Positions 1 through 10,111 of a stretch of DNA of 64,000 nucleotides are shown piece after piece; position 1 is the first letter of the stretch, and each line of letters opens with the position of its first letter. The DNA is from a bacterium. Lineage in GTDB: Bacteria > UBP15 > UBA6099. The notes beneath the pieces were generated by a model. It did no database searches. It was not told the DNA's origin and saw nothing but the letters and a program-made list of their open reading frames with translations. Position numbers and translations under genes: made by a program. Location: contig JAKQPS010000113.1 of the NCBI GenBank assembly GCA_029564595.1, positions 32,227-96,226 of the forward strand, in the 5' to 3' direction.

Positions 1-443
1 TAACGCTTCCGGCGGTAAACGACGTTGTCATATCAAAGAACACCGGAATAATCGTCAGGTTGAAGATATTCATCAACGACGAATACTTCACGGAGTTTCC
101 GGGGGACGGACTGATTATATCCAGCGCGACAGGCTCGACGGCATACTCGCTTTCGGCGGGCGGGCCGATGGTGTCTCCGGGGCTGGACGTGATAGTGATA
201 ACGCCTATCTGCCCGCACACGCTGCTGGAAAGGTCGCTTGTGATAGCCGGAAACGATGTCACTAGGGTCGCCGTGCCGTCCGTAAGAACGGACATCATGG
301 CGATAATCGACGGACAGAAGGAACAGCCGCTAGAGCCGGGCAGCGAGGTCGTCGTCCGCAGGGCGGAGCGCCCTGCCCGCTTCGTCAGGCTTAAACCTTC
401 TCGGTTTTTTGAAACGGTAAGAGGAAAACTTCACACCAGATGA
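1..443 (+). CDS. nadK: NAD+ kinase, C-terminal part (5' end outside window)
   Basis: Frame is open to the window start. GDGLIISSATGSTAYSLSAGGPMV is the NAD-kinase signature, and nadK-recN is the usual gene order. Confidence 0.85.
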   Translation, partial: TLPAVNDVVISKNTGIIVRLKIFINDEYFTEFPGDGLIISSATGSTAYSLSAGGPMVSPGLDVIVITPICPHTLLERSLVIAGNDVTRVAVPSVRTDIMAIIDGQKEQPLEPGSEVVVRRAERPARFVRLKPSRFFETVRGKLHTR

Positions 444-452
444 GGCCCGGTT

Positions 453-2201
453 TTGATACGCGAGTTCAGCGCGCATGACTTCGCTCTCGCCGACGACCTG
501 AAAGTGTCGTTGGGCGGCGGACTAAACGTCATCACAGGAGAGACAGGCTCCGGGAAATCGGTTTTAGTGAACGCGATAAACCTGCTGTTGGGCGGAAAAG
601 CGTCCGGAGCGATGGTGCGGTCGGGAGCCGAAAAGGCATCGTTGGAGTCGGTTTTCGACTGGGAGCCGCCCGCCGACGCTTTGGCCGCTCTGAACGAAGC
701 CGGCATCGCGGTCGAGGACGGAGAGTTGATAATTCAACGCGAGATATCGGAAAACGGGAGATCGACGGCGAGGCTCAACTCGCGCGCCGCTTCCGCCGCC
801 CTGCTCCGCTCGGTGGGAGAACGGCTGGCCGACATTCACGGGCAATATGATCATCAGGCGATATTGAGAGGAAGAGACCACACCCGGTTTCTGGACGCGC
901 TCGGCTCGGATTCACACCGGTCGCTTGTCCGCGAAGCCGCTTCCCTTAGACGCTCTCTGAACTCCTTGACTTCGGAAAAAGAGAGCGTCGAATCGCAGAG
1001 AAGAAAACGGGAGGACGAGCGCGACTTGCTCCTCTTCAGGATAAACGAGATTGAATCAGTGGTGAAAAGCGAAGAAGAGCACGCTGAAGCCGAAAGAGAG
1101 GCGCGGCTGCTGGAACGAGCTTCTGAACTAGCCGAGGCGGCGTCCAACGCTTTCTCTATGGTGGGCAGAGATTCGAACGAGACTTCCGCTCTCAATCTTA
1201 TCGCATCCGCGCTGGGAGAGTTGGACAATCTCGAAGGAGTCGAGCCGAGACTTGACGCGGCAAGGGAGAAACTGCTTGAGGCGGACGCTCTGGCGGACGC
1301 GGCGGCGAGAATCCTGCGCGACCTTTCGGACGAGATAGAGGCTGACCCGGAACGACTCAGGGGGCTTCAGGACAGGCTGCTGGAGACGCGGGACCTGATG
1401 AAAAAAAATAGATGCGACGGCGTCGGCGGGCTGTTGAGCGCAAGAGACGCGGCGCGAGCGCGGGTGGCCGAACTCGACCGCAGCGACGCCTCCGGAGCCG
1501 AGCTTGACGAAGCTATTAAAAAAACCCGCTCTCAATTGTCCGAGAAATCGGCTAAACTTACCGAATGCAGAAAAAAGACCGCTGCGACTTTTGAGAAACA
1601 GATGAAAAAAGAACTTGGCGAACTGGCGATGAAGGGCGCTTCATTCGAGGTGGAGTTCAGAAGCGCGCTCGACGAAGACGGCGTTCCTTCCGCGTCCGGC
1701 GCCGAGACTGCCGAATTCCTGTTTTCGGCAAATCCCGGAGAGCCTGCCCGCCCGCTGGGAGATGTCGCTTCTGGAGGCGAGATGTCGCGCGTGATGCTGG
1801 CCTTCAAAACGCTTCTCAACCGCTGCGACGACGCTCCCACCCTGATTTTCGACGAGATAGACTCAGGCGTTGGCGGGCTGACCGCAAACGCAATAGGAAA
1901 GAAACTCGCGGCGCTCGCGAAAGACCGTCAGGTGCTGGCGGTAACCCATCTTCCGCAGATAGCGGCGTTCGCGGACACGCATGTGGCGGTGTCGAAAGAA
2001 GGAAGAGGCGGTCGCACCGTAATGCGCGCCTCAATAGCCCGCGGCGAAGACAGGTTGCGTGAGATATGCAGGATGCTCGGCGATTCCGGAGTGAGAGACG
2101 CATCCGCTTCGATGGCAAGGCAGATGATAGACGACGCGGAACGGGATAAATCCGACGGCGATTCAAAAAAGACGCCCGCCCGCGAGCGCTCAAAAAAATA
2201 G
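453..2201 (+). CDS. recN: DNA repair protein RecN
   Basis: TTG start. N-terminal Walker A GLNVITGETGSGKS, long coiled-coil, and C-terminal SMC-like signature (LSGGEMSRVMLA, D-loop FDEIDSGVGG). Confidence 0.9.
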   Translation: MIREFSAHDFALADDLKVSLGGGLNVITGETGSGKSVLVNAINLLLGGKASGAMVRSGAEKASLESVFDWEPPADALAALNEAGIAVEDGELIIQREISENGRSTARLNSRAASAALLRSVGERLADIHGQYDHQAILRGRDHTRFLDALGSDSHRSLVREAASLRRSLNSLTSEKESVESQRRKREDERDLLLFRINEIESVVKSEEEHAEAEREARLLERASELAEAASNAFSMVGRDSNETSALNLIASALGELDNLEGVEPRLDAAREKLLEADALADAAARILRDLSDEIEADPERLRGLQDRLLETRDLMKKNRCDGVGGLLSARDAARARVAELDRSDASGAELDEAIKKTRSQLSEKSAKLTECRKKTAATFEKQMKKELGELAMKGASFEVEFRSALDEDGVPSASGAETAEFLFSANPGEPARPLGDVASGGEMSRVMLAFKTLLNRCDDAPTLIFDEIDSGVGGLTANAIGKKLAALAKDRQVLAVTHLPQIAAFADTHVAVSKEGRGGRTVMRASIARGEDRLREICRMLGDSGVRDASASMARQMIDDAERDKSDGDSKKTPARERSKK

Positions 2202-2231
2202 GAATGGCGCGCGACGCGCGCGGAACCGAAA

Positions 2232-3350
2232 ATGATATTTTCAGGAATAGCGAAAATCGACCGCCGCACAAAGAACTTGGTGAAAAGGCTTAAGCCCGGC
2301 GACATCGCGGTGATAATGCACGAGGACCTCGACATGGTTGCCGCTGAAAATCTCGTGGCATGCAAACCTCGCGCGGTGATAAACTGCCATTCCTCCATTT
2401 CGGGAAAATACGTAAACCGAGGCCCCTACCTGCTTATCGACGCGGGGATACCTCTCATAGACAACGCCGGAGACGAGCTTGCCTCCAAGATTTCCGAGGG
2501 AGACCGCGTCGAGGTTGTCGGCGGAGAGATACGCAAGAACGGCGCGGTCCTAGCGACCGGAGCGGTGGCTGACATACGGATGCTCAACGCGCGCAACCAA
2601 CTTGCCAAAGAGCACATGGGAGAAGTCTTCGAGAACTTCGCGGCCAACACTCTGGCGTACCTCGACAAAGAGAAAAGCCTTCTATACAGCAATCTGAACA
2701 TGGGGTCGCTGCGGTTGGACTTCAGGGGCAGGCAGGCGCTGATAGTCGTGCGCGGCTCGGAATTCAAAAAGGACCTCGACACGCTGCGGCAGTACATCCA
2801 CGAACAGGGGCCTGTGCTTATAGCGGTCGACGGCGGGGCGGACGCGCTGATAGAATTCGGTTTCAAACCGAACATCATTCTGGGCGACATGGACAGCGTG
2901 ACCGACGCGGCGCTTCGATGCGGGGCTATTCTGATAGTTCACGCGTACGAGGGCGGCGAGGCTCCCGGCATGGAGAGGCTGAATTCTCTCGGTCTGGAAG
3001 GCATTCCTATTCCCTCCATCGGAACGAGCGAGGACTTGGCGCTTCTGCTGGCGTTCGAGCGCGGCGCGGAGCTTATCACAATCGTCGGAAGCCATTTCAG
3101 CGTCGAGGAATTTCTCTCTAAAGGCCGGGGCGGCATGGCCAGCACTTTTCTCACCCGGCTGAGGGTCGGCTCCGTGCTCGTGGACGCCAAGGGCATAAGC
3201 AAACTTTATCAGAACAAAGTCAGGCCGATGCTGCTGATTTATCTTGCGGCGGCGGCGGCTTTTCCGATTGCGGCGATTTTTCTGGTTTCGCCGCTCGGCC
3301 CTTTAACGCAGCAGTTCATGCGGCTGCTTAAATTGATGTTTAATATGTGA
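2232..3350 (+). CDS. SteA-like putative cytokinetic ring protein (thiamin-pyrophosphokinase-like fold)
   Basis: 372 aa. Position is conserved directly after recN, as for actinobacterial steA (Rv1697/Cg1603 type). C-terminal hydrophobic tail. Assignment is mainly by synteny and overall similarity. Confidence 0.55.
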   Translation: MIFSGIAKIDRRTKNLVKRLKPGDIAVIMHEDLDMVAAENLVACKPRAVINCHSSISGKYVNRGPYLLIDAGIPLIDNAGDELASKISEGDRVEVVGGEIRKNGAVLATGAVADIRMLNARNQLAKEHMGEVFENFAANTLAYLDKEKSLLYSNLNMGSLRLDFRGRQALIVVRGSEFKKDLDTLRQYIHEQGPVLIAVDGGADALIEFGFKPNIILGDMDSVTDAALRCGAILIVHAYEGGEAPGMERLNSLGLEGIPIPSIGTSEDLALLLAFERGAELITIVGSHFSVEEFLSKGRGGMASTFLTRLRVGSVLVDAKGISKLYQNKVRPMLLIYLAAAAAFPIAAIFLVSPLGPLTQQFMRLLKLMFNM

Positions 3351-3363
3351 CGGGAGGCTTTTC

Positions 3364-4179
3364 TTGGGACCTATAGATATCAAATACCACGCGTTGTCGC
3401 TTGCCGCCGTTTTTCTTGCTTTAGGGGTCGGAATCATCGTCGGCAGCAGCACCAATTTCTTCGGCATCAGCGCCATACTCGAACGTCAGGATCAAGTGAT
3501 TCAGAAGCTTGAAACGAACTACAAGGAAATCCGCAAGGAAATGAGCGAGTCCAAGAGCCAGCTTGAAGGCGCGAGGGAGCGGATAGCCTCCCTCGAAGGC
3601 ACGATGGTGCCGAAGCTCCTCGAAGGCAGGCTTGAGGGGCTTCGCGTGGGCGTAGTGACAATCGGCGACATATCGGCTCTTGCCCCCGAAGGAGACGACT
3701 CTGTCGCCGGACCGCTGAAAACAGCCGACGCCTCTGTTGTTTTTAAACTGAGGCTCGCGCCTGAAAGGCTAGTCGAACTCGCCGGGGAGTCTCCTTCCGA
3801 TTACACCGAGCGCCTTGCGAAGGAACTTCTTCGAGGCTCCTCTTATGGCTCGAAGCTAACTGACTCTTTTCTTGCGGACGGAGCAGTCGCGGCCGGCGGT
3901 TTCAGTTCGGGCGCGGACGCAATCGTTTTCGCGCTCGGCAAGGACCTTGACCCTCAACTTCTGCGAACTGTTCTCATCCCTCTTCAGCAAGCTGCCATTG
4001 AGAATAAGGGCATAGTCGCCAATGTGGTATTCGGCGAGAGCGAGCCTTATCAGAGCGTTTTCAAACCGACGCCTTATCCTTACTTTCAAAGCGCAGAGAG
4101 CATAAACAGCCAGATTGACCTTATCATGAGCCTGCGTGAAATACAGAAACAGAGGCAGGGAAAGGCGGGCGGATTCTGA
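3364..4179 (+). CDS. SteB/MctB-family membrane protein (DUF3186-like)
   Basis: N-terminal TM HALSLAAVFLALGVGIIVGS is nearly identical to the Rv1698/MctB N-terminus, and a coiled-coil follows. Sits directly downstream of the steA-like gene. Confidence 0.6.
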   Translation: MGPIDIKYHALSLAAVFLALGVGIIVGSSTNFFGISAILERQDQVIQKLETNYKEIRKEMSESKSQLEGARERIASLEGTMVPKLLEGRLEGLRVGVVTIGDISALAPEGDDSVAGPLKTADASVVFKLRLAPERLVELAGESPSDYTERLAKELLRGSSYGSKLTDSFLADGAVAAGGFSSGADAIVFALGKDLDPQLLRTVLIPLQQAAIENKGIVANVVFGESEPYQSVFKPTPYPYFQSAESINSQIDLIMSLREIQKQRQGKAGGF

Positions 4180-4862
4180 TGCTTAATCCCGGAACCGTGT
4201 CGATAATCATCCCGGCGTACAATGAGGCGGACAGGCTTGGCCACACGCTCGAAGCGCTCATTCACTGCGGGTTGGGAGACGAAACGATAGTGATCGACGA
4301 CGGTTCGACTGACGACACGGCGCAAGTGGCCCTCGCGCACGGAGCGCGGCTTGTGAGAAGACCGAAGAACCGAGGCAAGGGAGCCGCGCTGAACGCCGGC
4401 CTTGCGGCGGCTCTCGGCGAGACCATCATGTTTCTCGACGCCGATCTCGGCGACAGCGCCTCGAACGCGCGTCCGATACTCGACGCCGTCCGCTCCGGCG
4501 GCGCGGACATGGCCATAGGCAGTTTCTCAGTTCCCGGAGGCGGGTTCGGGTTCGTTCTCAAATTCGCCAGATGGGGAGTCCGTCTCATGTGCGGATACAC
4601 TGCGACATCCCCCCTCTCCGGTCAGCGAGCGTTGCGCCGCTCAACTCTCCAATGTGTATATCCTCTAAGAAATGATTTCGGGGTGGAAACATCCATGCTC
4701 ATCGATGCGGTGCGCGCCGGAAAAAAGGTGGTCGAGGTTCCCGTCGCGCTCTCCCACAGGCCGACCGGCAAAACTCTTCGCGGCTACATGCACCGCGCCC
4801 GGCAGGGTCTGGATATTTCAAGGGCTTTGCTTTCAGCCGCCTTCAAACGCAAGGCAAAATAA
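4179..4862 (+). CDS. Family 2 glycosyltransferase
   Basis: IIIPAYNEADRL...IVIDDGSTDDT...FLDADL motifs (GT-A, DxD). 1-nt overlap with the upstream gene. Confidence 0.7.
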   Translation: MLNPGTVSIIIPAYNEADRLGHTLEALIHCGLGDETIVIDDGSTDDTAQVALAHGARLVRRPKNRGKGAALNAGLAAALGETIMFLDADLGDSASNARPILDAVRSGGADMAIGSFSVPGGGFGFVLKFARWGVRLMCGYTATSPLSGQRALRRSTLQCVYPLRNDFGVETSMLIDAVRAGKKVVEVPVALSHRPTGKTLRGYMHRARQGLDISRALLSAAFKRKAK

Positions 4863-4948
4863 ACCCGGATATTTCACGAGAAAACCTCATATTCTTCTCG
4901 CCGCTGTTCCATAAGATTGTCCGAACGAATCCAGATTGCCGTCGATTA

Positions 4949-6289
4949 TCAATATCTCTGAAGAAGGCCGAAAGAGGCCGAATTGTCTTTCATAAAACTT
5001 TCCCAGCCTAACATGTAATAGAGATTGTCATTTATAGCTCGTCCGGCGCGGAGGTTCAATTGAAGGTCGTTCGGGTCGGATATCTCGCCTACGTAATAAG
5101 TTTTGTTTTTCTGATACTCGAACCCGCCGCCAAGCTTGCCGCTTTTGACGCCGAACTTGTACCACATGTCCGGCTTGAAACCTTTGACACCGAACTGCAG
5201 GTTGGACGTGCTGTTTTCTCCGAGGTCGTCGAATCCGAAAAGATAAAACACTTCGGAGTTAGGCGGGAACACCCGGACGTTCATGTCGGCGAAATACTTA
5301 TCTTTCCTGCCCTCGTATCTAAGGCCGAAATCGGGTTTGAATTCTGTGGCGTTTATGGCGCGGATCATCTTGGTGAAACTGCTTGCCGCTTTGTCGGCGT
5401 TCTCCATCGTGGCTCGCGTAGTCTTTATCGTCTCGCGTATGTCCTGATTGATCTCGGTGTCGGTAACGAGGTCCCTGATCGCTCGCGTTGATTCCTCCAC
5501 ATGTTCCAGCGATTTTTTCAGCGTGTAAACGGTCTGCTTGATTTCGCTTTTGAAAAGCTCGTCTCCCACAATGTCTTCCGTGTGCAGAACCACGCGGTCA
5601 ACATCGGTTATGAGCGTGTCAATTTTCAAAGAAGTAGCCTTGAGATTCTCCGTGATTATTCTGGCGTTTTCGAGAGTGTCGACAACCTTGCCGCTGCCTG
5701 TGTCGCCGGTTTGCCTGAGCGCTATAGTGAATTTCAGGGCTTCCTCGGTTATCATGCGGACATTCTCGGTGGTGGCGAAGATGTCGTTCTGAAGCCTCTC
5801 GCTCTCCATCATCACGCGGGTTTTTGCGAGTATCAGGTTCATCTCGGCGAGCGCTGTGTTTGCCTTGTCGATGATATCCGGAACTGTGGCTGGAGACTTC
5901 GTTTCGCTGACGATATCGCCGTCTTTGAAATAGACGTAAGGAGGAGTGACGTTGGGTGGAGCCTCGATGTTGAGCACTTTGTCTTCGAGGAACCCGACTT
6001 TGATAGTAAAACTGGAGGTTTTATGAATCTTATATTTCTTTTCGATGCGAAGGTTGAGCATGACGTCGCCGTTGTCCATCAGTTCCATAGATTCGACCTT
6101 GCCGATGCTGATGCCTGAAAGCCAGACGGCGTTGCCCGCGCCGAGGCCCTGAACGTTGGAGAACACGGCTTTAAGCGTGTAGCTGTTATCGTTGTCGAGG
6201 CGCATTTCCTGAACGCGGTTGTAGCCTATGATCAGGATGGCGGCGGCGGCCAGAACGCCCGCGCCGACTTTGAAGTAATGAGTGAACAT
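4949..6289 (-). CDS. MCE/MlaD-family substrate-binding protein (long, 446 aa)
   Basis: N-terminal TM plus MCE domain (TLKAVFSNVQGLGAGNAVWLSGISIGKV) and a long helical C-terminal region. Last gene of the transporter operon. Confidence 0.8.
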   Translation of the reverse strand: MFTHYFKVGAGVLAAAAILIIGYNRVQEMRLDNDNSYTLKAVFSNVQGLGAGNAVWLSGISIGKVESMELMDNGDVMLNLRIEKKYKIHKTSSFTIKVGFLEDKVLNIEAPPNVTPPYVYFKDGDIVSETKSPATVPDIIDKANTALAEMNLILAKTRVMMESERLQNDIFATTENVRMITEEALKFTIALRQTGDTGSGKVVDTLENARIITENLKATSLKIDTLITDVDRVVLHTEDIVGDELFKSEIKQTVYTLKKSLEHVEESTRAIRDLVTDTEINQDIRETIKTTRATMENADKAASSFTKMIRAINATEFKPDFGLRYEGRKDKYFADMNVRVFPPNSEVFYLFGFDDLGENSTSNLQFGVKGFKPDMWYKFGVKSGKLGGGFEYQKNKTYYVGEISDPNDLQLNLRAGRAINDNLYYMLGWESFMKDNSASFGLLQRY

Positions 6290-7051
6290 TTAATTTCCTC
6301 CGATCGCGCCGCCGGGCCGCATGGCGTTGAGAAACGCGCCTATGTGCGGATGCCCGCAGCGCTCCAGTTCGTCGAGTTTGCCTTCGGCCAGTATGCGCCC
6401 TTCGTGTATCATCGCTATTCTGTCGCTGATGCGCGACGCGGCGTCTATGTCGTGCGTGACCACTATCGATGTCGTGCCGTACCTGTCGCGCATCCTCATA
6501 ATCAAGTCTGAAACAGTGGCGGTCAGGAGCGGGTCGAGCCCGGCGGTCGGCTCGTCGTAGAGGAGCGCGCGCGGGCTGAGCGCAAGCGCTCTGGCTATCG
6601 CAACGCGACGCCTCATCCCTCCGCTCAACTGGTCGGGCCTGTTTTCTTCCACGCCCTTCAATCCTACCGCCTCAAGCCTTTCCCTCACTATTTCCCTTAT
6701 CTCTTTCTCTTTCATCCGAGTGTGCCGCCTGAGCGGGAACGCCACGTTCTCCCTCACGTTCATCGAATCGAACAGCGCGCCCTCCTGAAAAACCATCCCC
6801 ATCTTCTTGCGCACCTCGTTCATCGTGGTTTCCGAAAGGTCGTCCACCCTCTCCCCGTCGATGAAGATTTGCCCAGATGTCGCGTTGATAAGTTTCATCA
6901 GGGCGCGAAGCAGAGTGCTTTTGCCGCAGCCGCTTCCGCCCATGAGCGTGACTATCTCGCCGGCGGCCGCGTGGAAATTTACTCCGTCTAGCACCGTCTT
7001 CGGCCCGAATTTCACCACTAGGTCTTTTGTCTCAATCATAACTTTTAGCAA
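6290..7051 (-). CDS. ABC transporter ATP-binding protein (MlaF/Mkl type)
   Basis: Walker A GGSGCGKST, ABC signature LSGGMRRRVAIARAL, Walker B LLYDEPTAGLD. Confidence 0.85.
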   Translation of the reverse strand: MLKVMIETKDLVVKFGPKTVLDGVNFHAAAGEIVTLMGGSGCGKSTLLRALMKLINATSGQIFIDGERVDDLSETTMNEVRKKMGMVFQEGALFDSMNVRENVAFPLRRHTRMKEKEIREIVRERLEAVGLKGVEENRPDQLSGGMRRRVAIARALALSPRALLYDEPTAGLDPLLTATVSDLIMRMRDRYGTTSIVVTHDIDAASRISDRIAMIHEGRILAEGKLDELERCGHPHIGAFLNAMRPGGAIGGN

Positions 7052-7097
7052 CCCCGCCCGCGCCGCGCGCGGGCTGCCCGCATTTTGCCGATGCGGG

Positions 7098-7859
7098 TTA
7101 AAACAGAAGCACGGTCAGCGCGTAGTTCAGCGCGAAGATGCTCACGATGGAGGCGACCACTGCGTTAGTCGTCGCCTTGCCGACGCCTGAAGCGCCGCCT
7201 TCGGTGTGCATCCCCTCAACGCATCCTATCAGCGCTATCGTTATCGCGAAAAGCCCGCTTTTCAGCATTGCGGCGGACACGTCCCGCTGTTCCACCAGCC
7301 TCGGTATGTAGCTGTAGAAAACTTCCCAGTTCACTCCGTAAACCTGATGAGCGACCATGTATGCGGCCATGATTCCCGTCAAACCGGCTATCACTGTTGC
7401 CACCGGAATCATTATCATCAGCGCGAGCATCCTCGGAGCCACAAGATACTGAATCGGGTTCACCGCAAGCGACCTGAGCGCGTCTATCTGCTCGGTCACT
7501 TTCATCGAGCCGAGTTCGGACGCGATGGAGGAGCCTACTCTGCCAGCCATAACCACTGCCGTCAGGACAGGCGCAAGCTCGCGCACCATCACGAACGCTA
7601 TACCGCCGCCTATGAACTGCGTGGTGCCGAACCTCACAGCCTGCTCTGTTACCTGCACGGAAAGGATCATCCCGGTGAATCCCACGACAAGAAGAGTTAT
7701 CGGGATGGAATTCACTCCGAGGTTGGACATGTGAAAAATGGTCATGCGGAAATCCACGGACAGGCGCGCAAAGTATGTCAGGGTGGTCGCCAGCATGCCG
7801 GCCAGTTTGCCGACATACTCGACCGCCGTCACAATCGGGTGAAACGCGGTTTTTCCCAT
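7098..7859 (-). CDS. ABC transporter permease (MlaE/YrbE type)
   Basis: Polytopic membrane protein with the conserved MlaE-family layout. Sits upstream of the ATPase and MCE genes on the same strand. Confidence 0.85.
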   Translation of the reverse strand: MGKTAFHPIVTAVEYVGKLAGMLATTLTYFARLSVDFRMTIFHMSNLGVNSIPITLLVVGFTGMILSVQVTEQAVRFGTTQFIGGGIAFVMVRELAPVLTAVVMAGRVGSSIASELGSMKVTEQIDALRSLAVNPIQYLVAPRMLALMIMIPVATVIAGLTGIMAAYMVAHQVYGVNWEVFYSYIPRLVEQRDVSAAMLKSGLFAITIALIGCVEGMHTEGGASGVGKATTNAVVASIVSIFALNYALTVLLF

Positions 7860-7873
7860 TCTTCCCCCGCCTG

Positions 7874-8890
7874 TCAGAAAGCCGCGCGATCGTTGAAGAA
7901 CTCGCGGAACTTGCTGAAATCGTTGACTATCCTGCCCACTCCCCGGATGGCGGTAAGTTCAGGCTCTTTGGACATATTGACCTTGACCTGAAACCGGCTC
8001 TGAAAATAATCCGCCAGTCCTTTAAGCAGGCTGCCGCCGCCGGTGAGAATAACGCCTCTGAAAAATATATCCTCGTAAAGTTCCGGCGGAGTTTCTTCGA
8101 GCGCCGCCTGAAGCCCGTCCGCCAGAGGTTTTAATCCTTTGTAAAGCATCGCGGCCAGATCGACATGCGGTATCTCTATCTCCTGCAGGCCTGAGCCGCC
8201 CTCGGTGTCCATCCGCCTGATGTAAATTTTCTCCCCTTTGCGGGGCTGAAGCCCTACTTTTATCTTCGCCTGCGCGGCTTCCTCTCGCGAAGACGCCGTG
8301 CCGAGGTTCACTTCTATAAGCCTCTGAACCATAGCCGTAAGGTCGTCGCCGCCGAATTCGAGCGTGCGGCCCACTATGATTTCGTTCGACGCGATTACAG
8401 AGATGTCCGTCACCCCCGCTCCGATGTCCACAATCAGACTTCCGCGCGGGTCGTTCATATTGCCAGTAATCGCGACGTATGAGGCCAGATTGCATGGTAC
8501 TAAATAGATTTTTCCCGCTCCGGCTTCACGCGCGGCGTCGCAAAGCGCGCGCTCGTGTACCGAACTTATTTTTATCGGAACCGCCGCCGCCACCATCGGC
8601 CTGAGCGCCATCGGCGATTTCATAGCCTGCGAAAACACCTTCCTGAGCATGAACCGGGTGGCCGCGTAATCGGCGATCACCCCTCGCGCCACCGGACGTA
8701 TCATCTCGGAACCGGCTCCCAGTTTGCCGGCTCTCTCGGACGCGCTCCGTCCTATGTACAGCACCCGCTTGCTGCGCGTGTCCGCAACCATTGCGGTCGG
8801 CTCGCTGTACGTAATTTTATTGCCTGACACAAGCGACGTCTTGCTCGTGCCGAGGTCCAGCCCGAGCCGCGGCGCCAGAAAAGGGATCAT
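7874..8890 (-). CDS. MreB-like actin-family ATPase (divergent)
   Basis: Actin-fold phosphate motifs LGLDLGTSKT, IRPVARGVIADY, VDIGAGVTD, LTGGGSLLKGL align with MreB. Lies 14 nt upstream of the permease gene on the same strand. Confidence 0.7.
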   Translation of the reverse strand: MIPFLAPRLGLDLGTSKTSLVSGNKITYSEPTAMVADTRSKRVLYIGRSASERAGKLGAGSEMIRPVARGVIADYAATRFMLRKVFSQAMKSPMALRPMVAAAVPIKISSVHERALCDAAREAGAGKIYLVPCNLASYVAITGNMNDPRGSLIVDIGAGVTDISVIASNEIIVGRTLEFGGDDLTAMVQRLIEVNLGTASSREEAAQAKIKVGLQPRKGEKIYIRRMDTEGGSGLQEIEIPHVDLAAMLYKGLKPLADGLQAALEETPPELYEDIFFRGVILTGGGSLLKGLADYFQSRFQVKVNMSKEPELTAIRGVGRIVNDFSKFREFFNDRAAF

Positions 8891-9045
8891 CCTTCAGCCC
8901 CCGCGCTGAATCCGGGACGCTCCGGCCCCGAACTATACATATTAGTAATATCCATATATGTTGATGATTATTTGCTTCGGACGTTTCAAATCGACAATAT
9001 CGCCCCGCCGTCCTTTCTCATTTGACCGTATTGGTGAAATACAGG

Positions 9046-9963
9046 CTAACTATTTCTTTCTTTGAAAATTCCGTCATCGAAACCCTGTATCCGGGAATCC
9101 GATTCCGCCATGTCCAGCCTTTTGGCCGCCAGACGCGCAAAACCGGCGTCCAGTTCCACACCACAGAAGTCCCGTCCGAGCTTCTTTGCCGCCACCGCAG
9201 TCGTCCCCGACCCCAGAAACGGGTCAAAAACCATCGCCCCCGGCCTCGAACTCGCCAATATTATTTTCGCCAGCATCTTTTCCGGCTTTTGTGTCGGGTG
9301 ACATGTGTTTTCCGGCATCGACCAGAACGGGACTGTTAGATCGTTCCAAAGGTTGGAAGGATGAGTGAGCCTGAACCTGCCTGCGGCGTCCTCCGACCAA
9401 TCCTTGGGCGCTCCGTTCTCCGTGTAAGGCGCGAGCGTGCGCCTTTTCACCTTTACCGCGTTCACGTCGAAGTAATACTCCTCGCCGACCGTGCAGAACC
9501 AGATGTCCTCATGGCAGTTTTTCCAGTTATTTTTTGCGCCGCGCCCCTTTTCCCGCTCCCATGTGATGCGGTTTCTTATAATGAAGAATTTTTCAAGCGC
9601 CCTCTGCGCCGCCGCAGACGATTTCCAGTCCGAACAGACATATATCGACGCGTTTTTCTTCAACAGGCGCGCCAGCGGAGCAAGCCATGACTCCATCCAT
9701 CCGGCATAAGCGTCATCGGCCCGCTTCCTGAACGCCGACGCGTTGAACGTCTTGTTCATATTGTACGGCGGGTCCACGAAACACAAATCCACGAATTCTT
9801 CAGGGAGAAGAGGCAGAGCGTCGAAAACATCCATGTTAAACACCCGCCCGCGCGCGTCTTCAACCGTCGCCGGCGCGTCAATGCGCGCGAGCTTCGCGTC
9901 ATATTTCGCCGCTTCCTCTTCCGTCAGCCTTATCGTCCTGTTGTTCTTCGCTCCGGATTTCAT
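9046..9963 (-). CDS. Beta-class N6-adenine/N4-cytosine DNA methyltransferase
   Basis: Motif IV FVDPPYN comes before motif I FDPFLGSGTT, which is beta-class order. No restriction endonuclease gene nearby. Confidence 0.8.
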   Translation of the reverse strand: MKSGAKNNRTIRLTEEEAAKYDAKLARIDAPATVEDARGRVFNMDVFDALPLLPEEFVDLCFVDPPYNMNKTFNASAFRKRADDAYAGWMESWLAPLARLLKKNASIYVCSDWKSSAAAQRALEKFFIIRNRITWEREKGRGAKNNWKNCHEDIWFCTVGEEYYFDVNAVKVKRRTLAPYTENGAPKDWSEDAAGRFRLTHPSNLWNDLTVPFWSMPENTCHPTQKPEKMLAKIILASSRPGAMVFDPFLGSGTTAVAAKKLGRDFCGVELDAGFARLAAKRLDMAESDSRIQGFDDGIFKERNS

Positions 9964-10111
9964 TTGCTCTTTTCCATTTCATCGAAATCAAAAACTGATT
10001 ATAAGCGTTCAGCCGATTGCGTGAAACAATAATGCCATAAAACACCTATTATTTCTATGATTTTTATCGGAGACATCTAAAGGTTTTTAATTTTCCGCCG
10101 ATAAAAGTGAT

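Noticed and set aside
5060-6118. Plus-strand ORFs of 143 aa and 205 aa inside the MCE gene, and many similar antisense ORFs across the window (e.g. 7206..7991, 22816..23315, 24993..25443, 35615..36154, 38027..38899, 43011..44144, 46466..47065, 55062..55544, 58165..59199)
   Set aside because: These are typical GC-rich antisense or out-of-frame ORFs overlapping well-supported genes. Their composition is Arg/Pro/Ser-rich and they have no independent motifs.
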